Of a stretch of DNA of 64,000 nt, positions 1 through 13,712 are shown piece by piece. The stretch's first letter is position 1. The number at the start of each line of letters is the position of its first letter. This stretch comes from Squalus acanthias (Eukaryota), in contig CM059425.1 of assembly GCA_030390025.1 (NCBI GenBank), forward strand, positions 163,434,001-163,498,000, in the 5' to 3' direction. A program made the position numbers and the translations under genes. The notes under the pieces are model-generated. The model saw only the letters and a program-made list of their open reading frames with translations, did no database searches and was not told the origin of the DNA.

Positions 1-296
1 AGTTTTCAGGATATTAAGGGGAACAGATAGGGTAGATAGAGAGAAACTATTTCTGCTGGTTGGGGATTCTAGGACTAGGGGGCATAGTCTAAAAATTAGA
101 GCCAGACCTTTAGGAGTGAAATTAGGAAACACTTCTACACACAAAGGGTGGTAGAAATTTGGAACTCTCTTCCGCAAACGGCAATTGATGCGAGATCAAT
201 TGTTAATTTTAAATTGGAGATTGATAGCTTTTTGTTAACCAAAGGTATTAAGGCCAAAGGTTGGGGTATGGAGTTAGATCACAGATCAGCCATGAT
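1..296 (+). mobile_element. CR1 LINE 3' end (ORF2 C-terminus/3'UTR); its last ~70 nt resume at ~2827-2894
   Basis: Same sequence type as the uninterrupted CR1 end at 42270-42627 (...acagatcagccatgat...aacaggctYgaggggctgaatggcc...ctcctgtt...tatgttc); tail (tatgttcc)n at 2874-2894. Confidence 0.85.
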
Positions 297-2826
297 AGAA
301 ACATAGAAAAATAAGAGCAGGAGTAGGCCATTCGGCCCTTTGAGCCTGCTCCGCCATTCAATATGATCATGGCTGATCCTCTATCTCAATACCATAATCC
401 CGCTCTCTCCCCATACCCCTTGACGCCTTGTGCGTCTAGAAATCTATCTATCTCCTTCTTAAATATATTCAGTGACTTGGCCTCCACAGCCTTCTGTGGT
501 AGAGAAAGCCACAGGTTCACCACCCTCTGAGTGAAGAAATTTCTCCTCATCTCAGTCCTAAATGTCCTATCCCGTATCCTGAGACTGTGACCCCTCGTTC
601 TAGACCCACCCCAGCCAGGGGAAACATCCTCCCTGCATCCAGTCTGTCTAGCCCTGTCAGAATTCTATACATTTCAATGAGATCCCCTCTCATTCTTCCA
701 AACTCTAGTGAATACAGGCCTAGTCGACCCAATCTCTCCTCATACGACAGTCCTGCCATCCCAGGAATCAGTCTGGTGAACCTTCGCTGCACTCCCTCTA
801 TGGCAAGTATATCCTTTCTTAGGTAAGGAGACCAAAACTGCACACAGTACTCCAGGTGTGGTCTCACCAAGGCCCTGTATAACTGTAGTAAGACATCCTT
901 GCTCCTGTACTCAAATCCTCTTGCAATGAAGGTCAACATACCATTTGCCTTCCTAACTGTTTGCTGCACCTGCATGTTTGCTTTCAGTGACTGGTGTACA
1001 AGGACACCCAGGTCCCTCTGTACATCAACATTTCCCAATCTATCACCATTTAAATAATACTCTGCCTTTCTGTTTTTCCTACCGAAGTGTATAACTTCAC
1101 ATTTATCCACGTTATACTGCATCTGCCATGTATTTGCCCACTCACTCAACTTGTCTAAATCGCCTTGAAGCCTCTTTGCATCCTCCTCACAACTCACAAT
1201 CCCACCTAGTTTTGTGTCATCAGCAAACTTGGAAATATTACGTTTGGTTCCCTCATCCAAATCATTGATATATATTGTGAATAGCTGGGGCCCAAGCATT
1301 GATCCCTGCGGTACCCCACTAGTCACCGCCTGCCACCCCGAAAAAGACTCATTTATTCCTACTCTCTGTTTCCTGTCTGTTAACCAATTTTCAATCCATG
1401 CCAGTATATTACCTCCAATCCCATGTGCTTTAATTTTGCACACTAACCTCTTATGTGGGACTTTATCAAAGGCCTTCTGAAAATCCAAATACACCACATC
1501 CACTGGTTCTCCCTTATCTATTCTACCAGTTACATTCTCAAAAAACTCCAGTAGGTTTGTCAAACACAATTTCCCTTTCATAAATCCATGTTGACTTTGT
1601 CTAATCCCACTGATATTTTCTAAGTATCCTGTTATCACATCCTTTATAATAGACTCTAGCATTTTCCCTACTACTGATGTTAGGCTAACCGGTCTGTAGT
1701 TCCCTGTTTTCTCTCTCCCTCCTTTTTTAAATAGTGGGGTTACATTTGCCACTTTCCAATCTGCAGGAACTGTTCCATAATCTATAGAATTTTGGAAGAT
1801 GACAACCAATGCATCCACTATTTCCATGGCTACCTCTTTTAGTACTCTGGGATGCAGATTATCTCAGCTTTCAGTCCCATTAATTTCTCCAGCACTATTT
1901 TTTTACTAATACTAATTTCCTTTAATTCCTCCTTCTCACGAGACCCTTGGTTCCTTCGCATTTGTGTCCTCTACCGTGAAGACAGAACCAAAGTATTTGT
2001 TTAATTGCCCTGCCATTTCCTTGTTCCCCATTATAAATTCTCCTGTTTCTGACTATAAGAGACCTACATTTGTCTTCACTAATCTTTTTCTTTTTACATA
2101 CTTGTAGAAGCTTTTACAGTCTGCTTTTATGTTCCTTGCAAATTTACTCTCATACTCTATTTTTCCCCTTAATCAATCTCTTGGTCCTTTTTTGCTGAAT
2201 TCTAAACTGTTCCCAATCCTCAGGCTTGCTACCTTTTCTTCCAACTTTATATGACTCCTCTTTAGATCTAATACTATCCTTAATTTCTTTTGTTAGCCAT
2301 GGTTGGGCCGCTTTTCCTTTTGTGTTTTTGCGCCAGAAAGGAATGTATAACTGTTGCAATTCATGCATTAATTCCTTAAATGTTAGCTATTGCCTATCCA
2401 CCGTCATGCCTTTTAATGAAGCTCTCCAATCTATCATAGTCAACTCCCTCCTCATACCTTCGTAGTTTCCTTTGTTTAGATTTAGGACCCTAGTTTCGGA
2501 TTGGACTTCTTCACTTTCCATCTTAATGAAGAATTCTATCATGTTATGGTCACTCTTCCCTAAAGGGCCCCACACAACAAGATTATTAATTAACCCCTTC
2601 TCATTGCACAATACCCAATCTAGGATAGCCTGTTCCCTAGTTGGCTCCTCAACGTACTGGTCTAAAAAACCATCTCGTACACACTTCAGGAATTCATCCT
2701 CCTCAGTATTATTGCTAATTTGGTTTGGCCAGCCTATATGTAGATTAAAGTCACCCATGATTACTGTAGTACGCTTGTTACATGCATCTCTAATTTCCTG
2801 TTTGATGCCATCCCCTACATTACCAT
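297..2826 (-). mobile_element. 5'-truncated CR1 LINE: end of APE endonuclease, RT domain, 3'UTR and microsatellite tail
   Basis: ORF 2387-2758 (GDFN...SDHNMIEF endonuclease motifs) and ORF 547-1827 (NYRPVSLTS, YLDFQKAFD, GVPQGS, KFADD); tail reads agaaacatagaaaa on +. Confidence 0.95.
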
Positions 2827-5359
2827 CAAATGGCGGAACAGGCTCGAGGGGCTGAATGGCCTACTCCTGTTCGTATGTTCCTATGTTCCTATGAAACCGA
2901 TGTCTTCAAACCAAAGTGCTAATGTTTATTTGGAGGAAATAGTTGTTTGGATATTATTTTGCTTTGATTGCATCTGTTTAGGATATATTTTTCCTATTCA
3001 TTTGAGGCCTTCAGCTTTAAATTCAAGTCCTCCAAAAATGGACAATCTTCACTGAAATTTCAACACCATTTTTTGGGGGGAAGTTATAAATTTCCTTTAC
3101 TTGAAACAGCTTAGCATTTTCTCTAACTGAGTTCACAATGCGGTAACTGAAATCATTTACATTATGGTTGAACACACGGGCAAATTTTAGCTGATTTAGG
3201 ATGTGCCTACTTCTGTACAGTGCTCATAGTTTAACAATATATATATATATAATATATCCATAGGATGTGAACATTTGTGTTTGTATTTGGAGGAGAAGCT
3301 GAAGGTTTTTTTATCACAACAAAGTAAATATTTTCAAAAAATCTGCAGAATGATGAAAAGCAAACAATTATTTGTTAATACTTAAACTTAATTCTGTACT
3401 TCCCCTGTTTAGCTATTACTGATATCAAGAAAATTTGAAGCAATTTTCACCATTATTGGGCATACTGTGATCGAGAGTCAGGAAATAAAACTAAAGCAAT
3501 TCCTTTCAGCATTTAGTATGCATTATGAATCATAATTAATTGAAATAAACATTTTTATTGCAATTGTTCTTTAGTTAGAATACATTGTTAAAGATTGTTT
3601 ATGGTACACATGTATCTGTTTCAAGTGATGCAGATTAACAAGAAATAAGCCTTGTAGATGGATCTGGAAACTGGTTCTGGTGATTGGTTCTAGTATTTAT
3701 GTGTATTGCTTGTGACTGCCTGTTGCATCAGTGTCCATTGGATCATAGGCTGCATTGCCATAGGTTGATGAAGTGTGTGTCAGCCTTGGTGCCTGGGCTA
3801 TATGTCAATGTGCCAACCAGGAATGGGAGTAAGAATTCTCTTGATGCAGCCTTAGGTGAGCACATGATTTTTCAGACTGAGGAACAATTAGTCACCAGTC
3901 TTGACCCTCTTTAATCTCAAAATGCTGAATGTCATCAAAAATAAATCTTCTCAAGGGTTTGGCACAGTAATATGGTACAATACTGCTTCAATATGTTGTG
4001 ACAGGGATTGGTAGGTTGCAGATTTGTGCCTGCGATCCCTTATGTGAAAGGGTTTCTGAGTGCAGTCTATTCTCGTGTACCTCCTATAGTAAGATCAAAA
4101 GAATCATTGGCATGGGTTGAAGAGAAGGTCACCTTCCTGACCCCTTGCCAGGGAATAGTGTCTGCAGTAGGAAGACCTATTGAGGAAACAAGAAAATAAA
4201 ATAGAATAACATTCAAAATTAGCCAAAAAATTATCATCTTGGTTACTTAAATGATTCAAAAAGGTTTAGGAAATGCAGGGAGAAATGAGTAATGTGTCTT
4301 ATTAAATACTAAAGATGATATTTTGCAAACTAATATACTTTCGACGGGAAAATGTAATATTCAAATAAAATTATGTCATTGAAATGGCTTAAGATACACC
4401 ATATAACACAGCATACTTTTTGAAGACTTGGCTTTAAGTACAAGAAGCATTTTGACAATATGAGAGGGAAAGCTGCTCAATATCACAAGGGTTGTATGAG
4501 TCTGCTGACTACATGAACCATAAGTGATGAAATCAAGTAAGTTGCGTCGATGGTCAAGAATTGAGTATTTCTGGTGTCCAAAGTTCTGATAGGCCGGCTC
4601 CGCTAGTTGAAGTGCAGCAGAGTGGACCACCAGACTGCTGATGTTGGACAACTCAGTCCTTGCAGCTCCTTGAGGAGGAAAGGTAATTTGAGGACACAGA
4701 GCGGGCAGCCCTTGCCCGGAATAGCACCTCCCACTCAGATCTGCTGTTGGGGATAGAGTGGCCCAATACTGCCCTGCTAAGGGACTCCAAGGCCTTCCAG
4801 GGATAAAGATTGAAAAAAGTAAATACATTTTCAGCTCCTAAGGGGGCCTGTAGGTGTAAAATGAAAGGTAATTGATCCCCTCCAGGATTTGGGGCAAAGT
4901 CTAGGGCCTCCACAGAACTCCCAACTGCTTTCAGCCTTTTTAGGACGAACTAGGTGGAATTCTTGGGGTTATCCTAGGAATTCTCCCAGACACGCCTTTT
5001 GAAATGGGGGGAGAACAGAAGACTCAGTCAGCCCCCGCCTCCCACAACACCACCTCCCTCCATCTCCGCACTAGAAATTAAGATGGGACTTGAAATTGGA
5101 TGGGATTTGAACTGGTCCCCATCTGAAGATCTGCCCTCTCTCTGCCATTGGGCCCGATTGAGATTTTGGGGCCCAGGTCTTCAATACTTCATCTTCTAAT
5201 ATCACAACATTTCTGACACAGTGCCCTTTTTTGTTTTCAATGTGGTTACCCAGCACTCTGATCTGCTCCTTTGTCATAATGCATTGTTTGTATCTAGGCC
5301 ATTTACACTATTTCTCCAGGGATGTGCCAGTCTCCCACCGAAGTTATGGTGTAAGATTA

Positions 5360-6045
5360 GGGGGGAAAATTGGATCGCGCCCCCTTTGGGGCGCTAACTT
5401 CGCTGGGGCACTACTTTTAACGCCCCGAAAAAGTTAGTGCCCCCGCACCCAAAATTGAATGGTAGCGCCCCAAGCAGGAGGCGGGGCTACTGGAAGCGCT
5501 CCCCCTCCCTCTTGGGGCACTCCAGTTCAATATCGCGGCGCTATGTGCCGCAGCACCATGCGTGTCGGCACGTAGCGCCGCAGTATTGCAGGACTCCCTC
5601 CTGCCTTGTGCAGCGTGATCCGGGGCCCTGCTTGGCCACCAGGGAGCGGGGTGCTGACGGATCATGGCCGGCACCCCGCGGGAGGAGGGCAGAGGGGGCA
5701 GGTGCCGGCAGGCGGCCCACAAAAAAAATGGCCACCTGGCACCTCCCTTTTAAATATCACCGCCCCGGCCGCAAGTACGCCCCCTGACCCTGTCGGACAT
5801 AGCGTCCTGTGGTACGTTAGGGGGCGCAACCCAAGTTTGCGGCTGGGGTGCAAGCGGGGTGCTGGGCACAGTGATGACATCATTGCCGGAGGCACAGCGC
5901 TACCGGCTACTGCCACCGCTAACCTCCCACTGAATTTCACGGGAGGCGTTAGTGGCGCCGCGCCCGGGCGCTAGTTGCTTTGCACCCCGTTAGCACCCCC
6001 TTGGGGTGCTAACGGGAAGTGCAAAGCAACCGAATTTTGCCCCCC
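5360..6045. mobile_element. GC-rich non-autonomous Harbinger-type element (MITE)
   Basis: Ends GGGGGGAAAATTGG ... CCGAATTTTGCCCCCC are imperfect inverted repeats; subterminal GCGCTAAC/GTTAGC motifs are shared with the MITEs at 48768 and 55123; no credible ORF. Confidence 0.7.
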
Positions 6046-6429
6046 GCCCCTCCGGAGAATTCTCACGGAATTTCAAGGCCTTGGTGCTGTTGTAAAGCAC
6101 AATCACTTTGTATCAATATTGCTGTAGTAATGTAAATACACTCTTATAGATTAAAACATAATTGGAGCTGATTTTCCTCCTGCTGCGCCCCACCCCCCTG
6201 TCCTGGCTCCAGGTCAAATGGAACACACCCAAAGTGCACTCTGCAAGATCTGACCTGAATTTGCTTGTATTTGTGGATCTAGGTCATTATCCAAGGCCTG
6301 ATGTACCTCAGCTGCAGGACTAGTCCTTAGCAGATTCCTGTGGTTGTAAACGAGGGTTTGTGGGCAAAATCCAATCATTGATTCAGGTTGCGAGCTCTTC
6401 TGGCTGCTGGTAATAGCTGCAAGTTGTGA

Positions 6430-9400
6430 GCCTTCTGACTGCTGTCATGAAGCAGCAGCCAGGGAGGCCTCCAGCCTTGAACCTCTTCATGCTGCACCTG
6501 CAAAAGAAGGTGCTTACTTTCTGCATGGCTCTAACAGGTGGCAGCCAGGCCCTGCTCAGATCCTCCAGTTTGAGTGGCACTGGGCGCAAGGCCTAAAGCC
6601 GAATTCCAGGTTTCAGAGCTTGAGCAGCAGCTGACATCATTGCAGTGCATCCATGAGACTGAGAGCTTCGTGGATATCCTGGTCACCCCACAGCTTAAGA
6701 GTTTGCAGGCAGAGAGGGAATGGGTGACAGTCAGACAGACAAGGAGGACCAGGCAGGTCATGCAGGAATCTCCTGAGTGCATCTCGCTCTCTAACCGGTA
6801 TTCTGTTCTGAATACTGGTGAGAGCAATGGTTCCTCTGGGGAGTACAGCCAGAACCAAGTCCACGGTACAATGGGTGGCTCAGCTGTACGGGGGGGGGGA
6901 GAAGGAAAGTCAGAAAGCAATAGTGATAGGGGATTCAATAGTTAGGGGAACGAACAGGCGTTTCTGCAGGATGGTATGTTGCCTCCCTGGTGCCAGGGTT
7001 AAGGATATCACTGAGCGGCTGCAGGACATTCTGAGGAGGGAGGGTGAACAGCCAGAGGTCATGGTACATATCAGTACCAATGACATAGGTAGAAAGAGGG
7101 ATGAGGTCCTGCAGGCAGATTTTAGGGAGCTAGGAAAGAGATTAAAAAGCAGGACCTCAAAGGTAGTAATCTCTGGATTACTCCCGTTGCCACGAGCTAG
7201 TGAGTTCAGAAATAGAAGGATAGAGCAGATGAATGCGTGGCTGGAGAGATGGTGCAGGAGGGAGGGTTTTAGATTCCTGAGGCATTGGGACCGGTTCTGG
7301 GGGAGGTGGGACCTGTACAGGCCGGACGGGTTGCACCTCAACAAGGCCGGGAGCAATATCCTCATGGGGAGGTTTGCTCGTGCTGTTGGGGAGGGTTTAA
7401 AGTAGCTTGGCAGGGGCGTGGGAACCTGAGCGTAGATTCAGAAGGGAGAGAAGCAAAACTGGAAATGGAAGGCAGTAAATTAGTAAGTGAGTTTGGAAGG
7501 CAGAGGAAACAAAGGCTAGAAAATAGTGAACAAAGGGGTTTGGCAGTAGACACAAGGAAGTATGATACCATAGCTATTAACTGAAACATGGCTGAAAGAA
7601 GGGCAGGAATAACAGCTTAACATTCCTGGTTAAGAGTTTGCAGGCAGAAAGGGAATGGGTGACAGCCAGACAGTTAGAGAGGGGGATAAAAAAGGAATGG
7701 GTGGCGCAATATTGGTTAAAGAAACAAATACAGCTGTGAGGAGGAATGATATATTAGAAGGATCATCAAATGAAGCCATTTGGGTTGAACTGAAGAACAA
7801 AAAAGGGGCAATCACATTGCTGGGCGTGCATTATAAATCCCCAAATAGTCAGAGGGAGTTAGAAGAGCAAATATGTAGGCAAATTGCTGAGAAGTGCAAA
7901 AACATAGGGCAGTAATAGTAGGGGATTTCAACTATCCTAATATTAACTGGGATAGAATCAGTGAAAAAGGTATAGAGGCGCAGAATTCTTAAAATGCATT
8001 CAGGAGAACTTTTTTAGCCAGTACATAGCAAGCCAAACAAGAGAGGGGGCGGTTCTGGACTTGGTTTTAGGGAACAGAGCTGGGCAGGTGGAAGGGGTAT
8101 CAGTGGGAGAGCATTTCGGTGGTAGTGATCATAATTCAGTTAGATTTAGCATAGTTATGGAAACGGACAAAGATAGAGCAGGAGTAAAAGTTCTCGATTG
8201 GGGAAAGACCAATTTTACTAAGCTGAGATGTGATTTAGCAAAAGTGGACTGCAAACAGCTACTTGAAGGTAAACCAGTGTCAGAGCAGTGGGAGGCATTC
8301 AAGGAGGGAGATAGTGTAGGGGGTGGTGTGTAGGGTCAGTTTCACCTCTGACTCAGTGAGCGGTTCAAATCGCTCCCACGCCCCTGTTTCTAGACCTTGG
8401 ACTTATTTAGGGGTTGTGAATAAAGGTGCAGTAGACAACAGGTTTGATGAAAGAACTTTGACTTTTATTCAATGAAGTAAAACACAACGCAAACACTCTT
8501 ATCACTCTAAAGGTGGGGAACACTTCGGTACAAGCGAGGGAAAAAAAAACATTAGAAGAATACTTCACCCCTCCCAATCCCACTTCACTAGCTAGGTTGG
8601 ACTCTGGAGAACCAGGGATAATGCTCACCAAACGAATCCTTGACAGTTTAGAGTTAGGGTTTAGAGTCTTTTGAGTAAAAGGTTTCGTAAGGCCCTTGTT
8701 GCCGCGAGTTGTCCGATGGTCACTGAGGCAGTCGTTCTGGTTTCTTCTTGCGTGTCGGTCTGCTTGTGAAGTTGTTGTCCTTCTTTGTTGAACTTCTTGC
8801 TGTAACTCTGCCTCTGTTTAAACTGTCTTCTTCCGAGCTGTGGAACTGCCTTCTTGCAGAACTGTGGAAACTGCCTGCTTGTCCTGAACTCTGTTCAACA
8901 CAGGCTTTCGATTGAACTGCAGAACTGCCTTCTGTTGAACTTGAACTGTTTTACTGGAGAACTTCAACTGTTGTAACTGCTTGATGGGCCTTCAATTATA
9001 CTAAATTGAAGTGGCCTTATCTACCCCAAATCAAATCCCGGTCATTGTAAGACCTCGTTAACAGTAACGACTTTACTAGCGTGTTAACTGGTTTTGTAAA
9101 TGTGTGAAGTGGTTTCCGGATAGCTCCATCCTGTCGATCTGTTGTTTAATCGGAGTTTGCATTGTCCTCATGTTTTGGGTTTCTTGACTGGGCCTGGGGA
9201 TTTTCAAAAGGTGTCTTGAATTATTCAATTTTGGATGTGTTTGTGAGGTTTTGGGTGAGGCTCTTCCTCCTGCTTGGATTGCAGTGCAAACATACTCCAG
9301 ACAGCTTGACTGGGCCCCAATATCCAAAAGCTGTCCACTGCCTCGCCACACCCCTCCGCAGCCTGTCTTGTGTCTGTGAAAGGTGTTTTTCCCAATAGTC

Positions 9401-10698
9401 ATATCCAAAAGTCATTTTCCTCAGGGGTTTTCTTCCCTGATCCTTAAAAATGTCCAAAACTGATGTTTTTGCCTCAAATCACTTCATTTAGGTCCCATCA
9501 TCCCAAATTCGTATGAAAAATCCAAAAATCACCCCTTTTAGGGTTCTATACGAGTTTCTGGGGAATTTTGCGAAGCTTACAATAGTGAGGGTTCAGAGCA
9601 AATATGTTCCCACAAAGAAAAAGGGTGGGACTCCCAAATCTAGAGCCTCCTGGATGTCATGGGGCATACAGGGTAGGATAAGGCAAAAAAGGAAAGTTTA
9701 TGTCAGATACCGAGAGCTAAATACTGCAGAAAGCCTAGAGGAGTATAGAAAGTGCAGGGGTGAATTAAAAAGGAAATTAGGAAAGCAAAGAGAGGGCATG
9801 AAAACATTTTGGCAAGTAAAATCAAGGAAAACCCAAAGATACGTAAAGAGCAGGAGGATAACTAAAGAAAGAGTAGGGACTATAGAGCCAAAAAGGAAGC
9901 TTGTGAGTGGAGGCAGAAGACGTGGGTATGGTTCTTAATGAATATTTTGCGTCTGTCTTCACAAAAGAGAGGGACGATGCAGACCTTGGAGTGCATGTCC
10001 ACAGATCCCTGAAGGTAGCAGGACAGATAGATAAGGCGGTTAAGAAGGCATACGGGGTACTTTCCTTTATTAGCCGAGATATAGAATATAAGAGCAGGGA
10101 GGTTATGCTAGTACTGTATAAAACACTAGTTAGGCCATAGCTAGAGTACTACACACAGTTCTGATCACCACATTACAGGAAAGATATAATTACACTAGAG
10201 AGGGTACAGAGGAGATTTACGAGGATGTTGCCAGGATTGGAGAATTTTAGCTATGAGGAAAGATCGGATAGGCTGGGGTTGTTTTCTTTGGAACAGTGGA
10301 GGCTGAGGGGAGACTTGATTGAGGTGTATAAAATGATGAGGGGCCTAGATAGAGTGGATAGGAAGGACCTATTTCCCTTAGCAGAGAGGTCAATAACCAG
10401 GGGGCATAGATTTAAAGTAATTGGTAGAAGGATTAGAGGGGAGTTGAGGAGAATTTTTGAGGAGACCCAGTGGGTGGTGGGTGTCTGGAACTCACTGCCT
10501 GAAAGGGCGGTAGAGGCAGAAACCCTCATCACATTTAAAAAAGGAATTGGATATAAACTTGAAGTGCCGTAAGCTACAGGGCTTTGGGCCAAGAGCTAGA
10601 AAGTGGGATTAGGCTGGATAGCTCTTTTTCGGCCGGCACAGACACAGTGGGCCAAATGGCCTCCTTCTGCACCATAAATTTCTGTGATTCTATGATTC
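6430..10698 (+). mobile_element. Near full-length but defective CR1 LINE: ORF1 with SGNH esterase, endonuclease, most of RT deleted; interrupted by a solo LTR
   Basis: ORF 6818-7405 has IVIGDSIVRG, CCLPGARV, ISTND, DGLHLN (SGNH blocks); endonuclease fragments 7550-8170 (EAIWVEL, GDFN, SDHN); the sequence jumps at ~9985 from FASVFTKE directly to the C-terminal region; tail ttctgtgattctatgattct at ~10680-10698. Confidence 0.9.
8315..9581 (-). mobile_element. Solo LTR (1267 bp) with 4-bp target-site duplication ATAG
   Basis: atag|TGTAGG...CTTACA|atag; the CR1 sequence rejoins across it. Minus-strand TATA-like (TATAAT ~8995-9000) and AATAAA (~8464-8469) suggest the orientation. Confidence 0.85.
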
Positions 10699-11739
10699 TT
10701 CTGGGTGTTACTCCAAATAGGTACCTGCTCAGTGTTGGGAAAGGAAAATGGAGCAGGAGGCATCGTTTTATCACTCTCATGTCATTTAAAAGCAGTTTTA
10801 ATGCTTGTGCCTGCAGCAGGTGCAAGCAGTCTGTCGTTTCAAAATCCCTGGGTAATACAAAGGAGGCAGAGACTCAACATCATGGAAAATTGGCCCCAAA
10901 TTCCTTTCACTTCCCAGAGTTTCTAAATGACCATGTAGGGAAAACATTTTTAAACTGAGATAATATAAATCGGTGACTGTTGCAAGCCAGTAACACATTG
11001 AGAGGTATCAGATTTCACAAACTGTTAAAATCAAGCAGATTAACATCATTTGAACCCTAAGATGTCATACACCCTTGGAGCACTCCACCTATGTTTTTAG
11101 TTGTGATTTAGACCGGTGGAGTTTGTGATGTTATTTCATTCCATTTCTGAACTTTATTTTTGTTGTTAGTCGGCATCATAGTGACAAATGGCATATTCCT
11201 GCATTTAGCTTGCATGATTCGAAGTTCTGTTGTATCATTTGATTCAAACTGGAACAATACTTTGATTTGAACTACAGAAAGCAATATTGTACTATGTTAC
11301 AGGGGAATGTATGTTATATCTACTTAGGATAATGCAACCCCCAATTCATGAATCCATTTTGTGAGTTTTTCCAGCCCAGATAGAAATTACAAGTGAGGCA
11401 GAAGCTGAAAACAAGTCTCAATGTGTAGTTAGAAGTTCCTGAGGTGAGATGACATCATGCAACCTGCGCTGGCCCTTCTTAATTCGTTGCACTCAAAATG
11501 ACAGACCGAGTAATGTAAGGTAAGGAGTTGCGTGCCTTTTGTTAAGACGTTAAAACAAACATAGCATTAGCCCTATTAAGAGGGACACTACTGAATTAGT
11601 CTTGAGTTGCTTCCAAAAATGCCTCTATTTTTGTGAATCTTATTCTCAAACAGAAGTATTATTTTAAGAATCCATAATTATACACTTATTCTGAGCTTGA
11701 ATATACATGGGCTATAATTGTAACATTTATCCCTCAAGC

Positions 11740-11918
11740 AACGTGACTAAAAAGAGATTATCTGGTCATTTATTGCTCTTTGTGAGACCTAGCTGTGAGC
11801 AAATTGGCTGCAGCATTTCCCTACATTACAGTGACTACAATTCAAAAGTGCTTCATTGGTTGTGAAGCGCTTTTCGATGTTGTGAAAGACGCTATATAAA
11901 TTAAGGTTCTTTCTTTTA
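11740..11918 (+). mobile_element. 3' fragment of Deu-domain SINE (SacSINE1-like)
   Basis: agattatctggtcatt...gtgactac...caaaag...ttcattgg.tgtgaagcgcttt...gctatataaat; matches the 3' half of the copy at 20985-21385. Confidence 0.75.
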
Positions 11919-11966
11919 ATGCATGCTTAAAAAATTGAATTCTAAGAAATCCCATTTCAAAGTGAA

Positions 11967-12781
11967 TGGGGGTGATTTTGCTAATGGGGAGCTTTTGGAG
12001 GCGGGACTCCCACTTGTCGGGTTTCAGTCCCGCCTCCATCAACTTCTGGCCAACCCACGCTATTTTCCCTTGATTGACCTTATTAAGCCCGCCCAGCGGG
12101 TTTAGCAGGCCAATTAAGGGAAAGTCGGTTGCAGAAAATGTCAACGTATGACGTTTCATCTGTCAAAAATCTTTGACAGATGTATTGTCATCGTTTGACT
12201 GCTCTGTGAAGCTGTCAAACACTGACATTCTCTGTAGTTTGATGAGGTCTTGAATTCAAGACCTCATCAAACTTCTTTCTTTTGCAGAAATTAGATGGTT
12301 GTTGCATTGGAGAATGCAACGGCCATCTGTCATCTCTACTGCGGAGGTGCGAGACTCTCCGCATACCCACCGACTGAAGCCTGCAGGAAGAAACAAAGGT
12401 AAGTACACTTTTTCTAACACTTTCCACTTACCTCAGGTACTCACCTCTCCACACTTGCACCCATCACTTACTTTCACAGCACACTTTTGCACCCCCCCCC
12501 CCGACCCCCGCAGACCCACTACTCGCGTCGGTGACCCTGGCGGGGTTCGGAGCCTTCGGGAAGCCCGCACTTGTGAGGGCAAAATGGTAATAAGCCTATT
12601 TTCTGTTAAGTGGCTGTAATCCCTTCCCGCCTCCAAGGAGACGGGACCCGGTGCGGGACGGCTACCCGCCTTATGGCAAGATGGCACGGAGGCGGGTTGG
12701 GCACCCGCCCCCAAATTCTGCCATTTTCCCGGCAGTCCTGCCTCCGTATCCGTCTCCCCAGGGCTGGCAAGATCGCGTCCC
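11967..12781. mobile_element. Harbinger-type MITE / deletion derivative
   Basis: Starts GGGGGTGATTTTGC, ends GCAAGATCGCGTCCC; internal block ttttcccttgattgRccttattaagcccgccc..cggg is shared with the element at 27256. Confidence 0.65.
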
Positions 12782-12834
12782 ATGTTTCCCTGATTTTGTT
12801 AATGGGTCCTTAATGCAAAGGAAAAGAAACATTG

Positions 12835-13712
12835 AACAACAACATGCATTTGTACAGTACCTTTAACACAGTAAAACATCCCAAAGCACTTCACAGGAGT
12901 ATAATGAGACAAAAATTGGCTCCAAACCAAAGAAGGAGATATCAGGATGGATGACTAAAAGCTTAGTCAAAGAAACAGGTTTTAAGGAGTGTCTTAAAGA
13001 AGAGAGAGATGAAGAGGTGGAAAGGCTTAGGGAGGGAATTTCAGAGCTTAGGGCTTGGACGGCTGAAGGCACGGCCACCAATGGTGGGGTGAAGGAAGTG
13101 GGGGATGCATAAAAGGCTAGAGTTGGGGGAATGCAGTGTTCTCAAAAGGTTGTAGGACTGGAGGACGTTACAGAGATAGGGAGGGGTAAGGCCATGCTGG
13201 GATTGAACATGAGGATGATTATTTTAAAATCGAGGCGTTGGTGGACTGGGAGCCAATGTAGATCAGCAAGAACTGGGGTGATGGGTGAATGAGATTTGAT
13301 GCGAGTTCGGATACAGGCAGCAGAGTTTTGGATGAGCTCAAGTTTATGGAGGGTGGAAAATGGGAGGCCAGCCAGGAGAGCATTGGAATAGTTGAGTCTA
13401 AAGGTAACATAAAACATGGATGAGGATTTCAGCAGCAGATGGGCTGAGACAGGGCTGGACGGGCAATATTATGGAGGTGGAAGTAGGCGGTCCTTGTGAT
13501 GGAAAGGTTATGGGGTCAGAAGCTCAGTTCAGGGTCGAATAGGATGCCGAGGTTGCGAACTATTTTGTTCAGCCTGAGACAATGGCTTTGACCTTCCCAA
13601 TTTTTAATTAGAGGAAATTTCGGCTCATCCAGGACTAGCAGTCGGACAAGCAGTCTGATAACACAGAGGCAGTGGAGGGGTCGAGAGAGGTGGTGGTAAG
13701 GTAGAGCTGGGT
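12835..13712 (-). mobile_element. L2-clade LINE 3' fragment
   Basis: ORF 13142-13417 NYSNALLAGLP...LELIQNSAA...SPITPVLADLHWLPV..RLDFKI is typical of the L2 ORF2 C-terminus; its tail is shared with the SINE tail. Confidence 0.85.

Noticed and set aside
5417..5974. Cluster of overlapping GC-rich ORFs
   Set aside because: Shadow ORFs of a GC-rich MITE; no recognisable domain.
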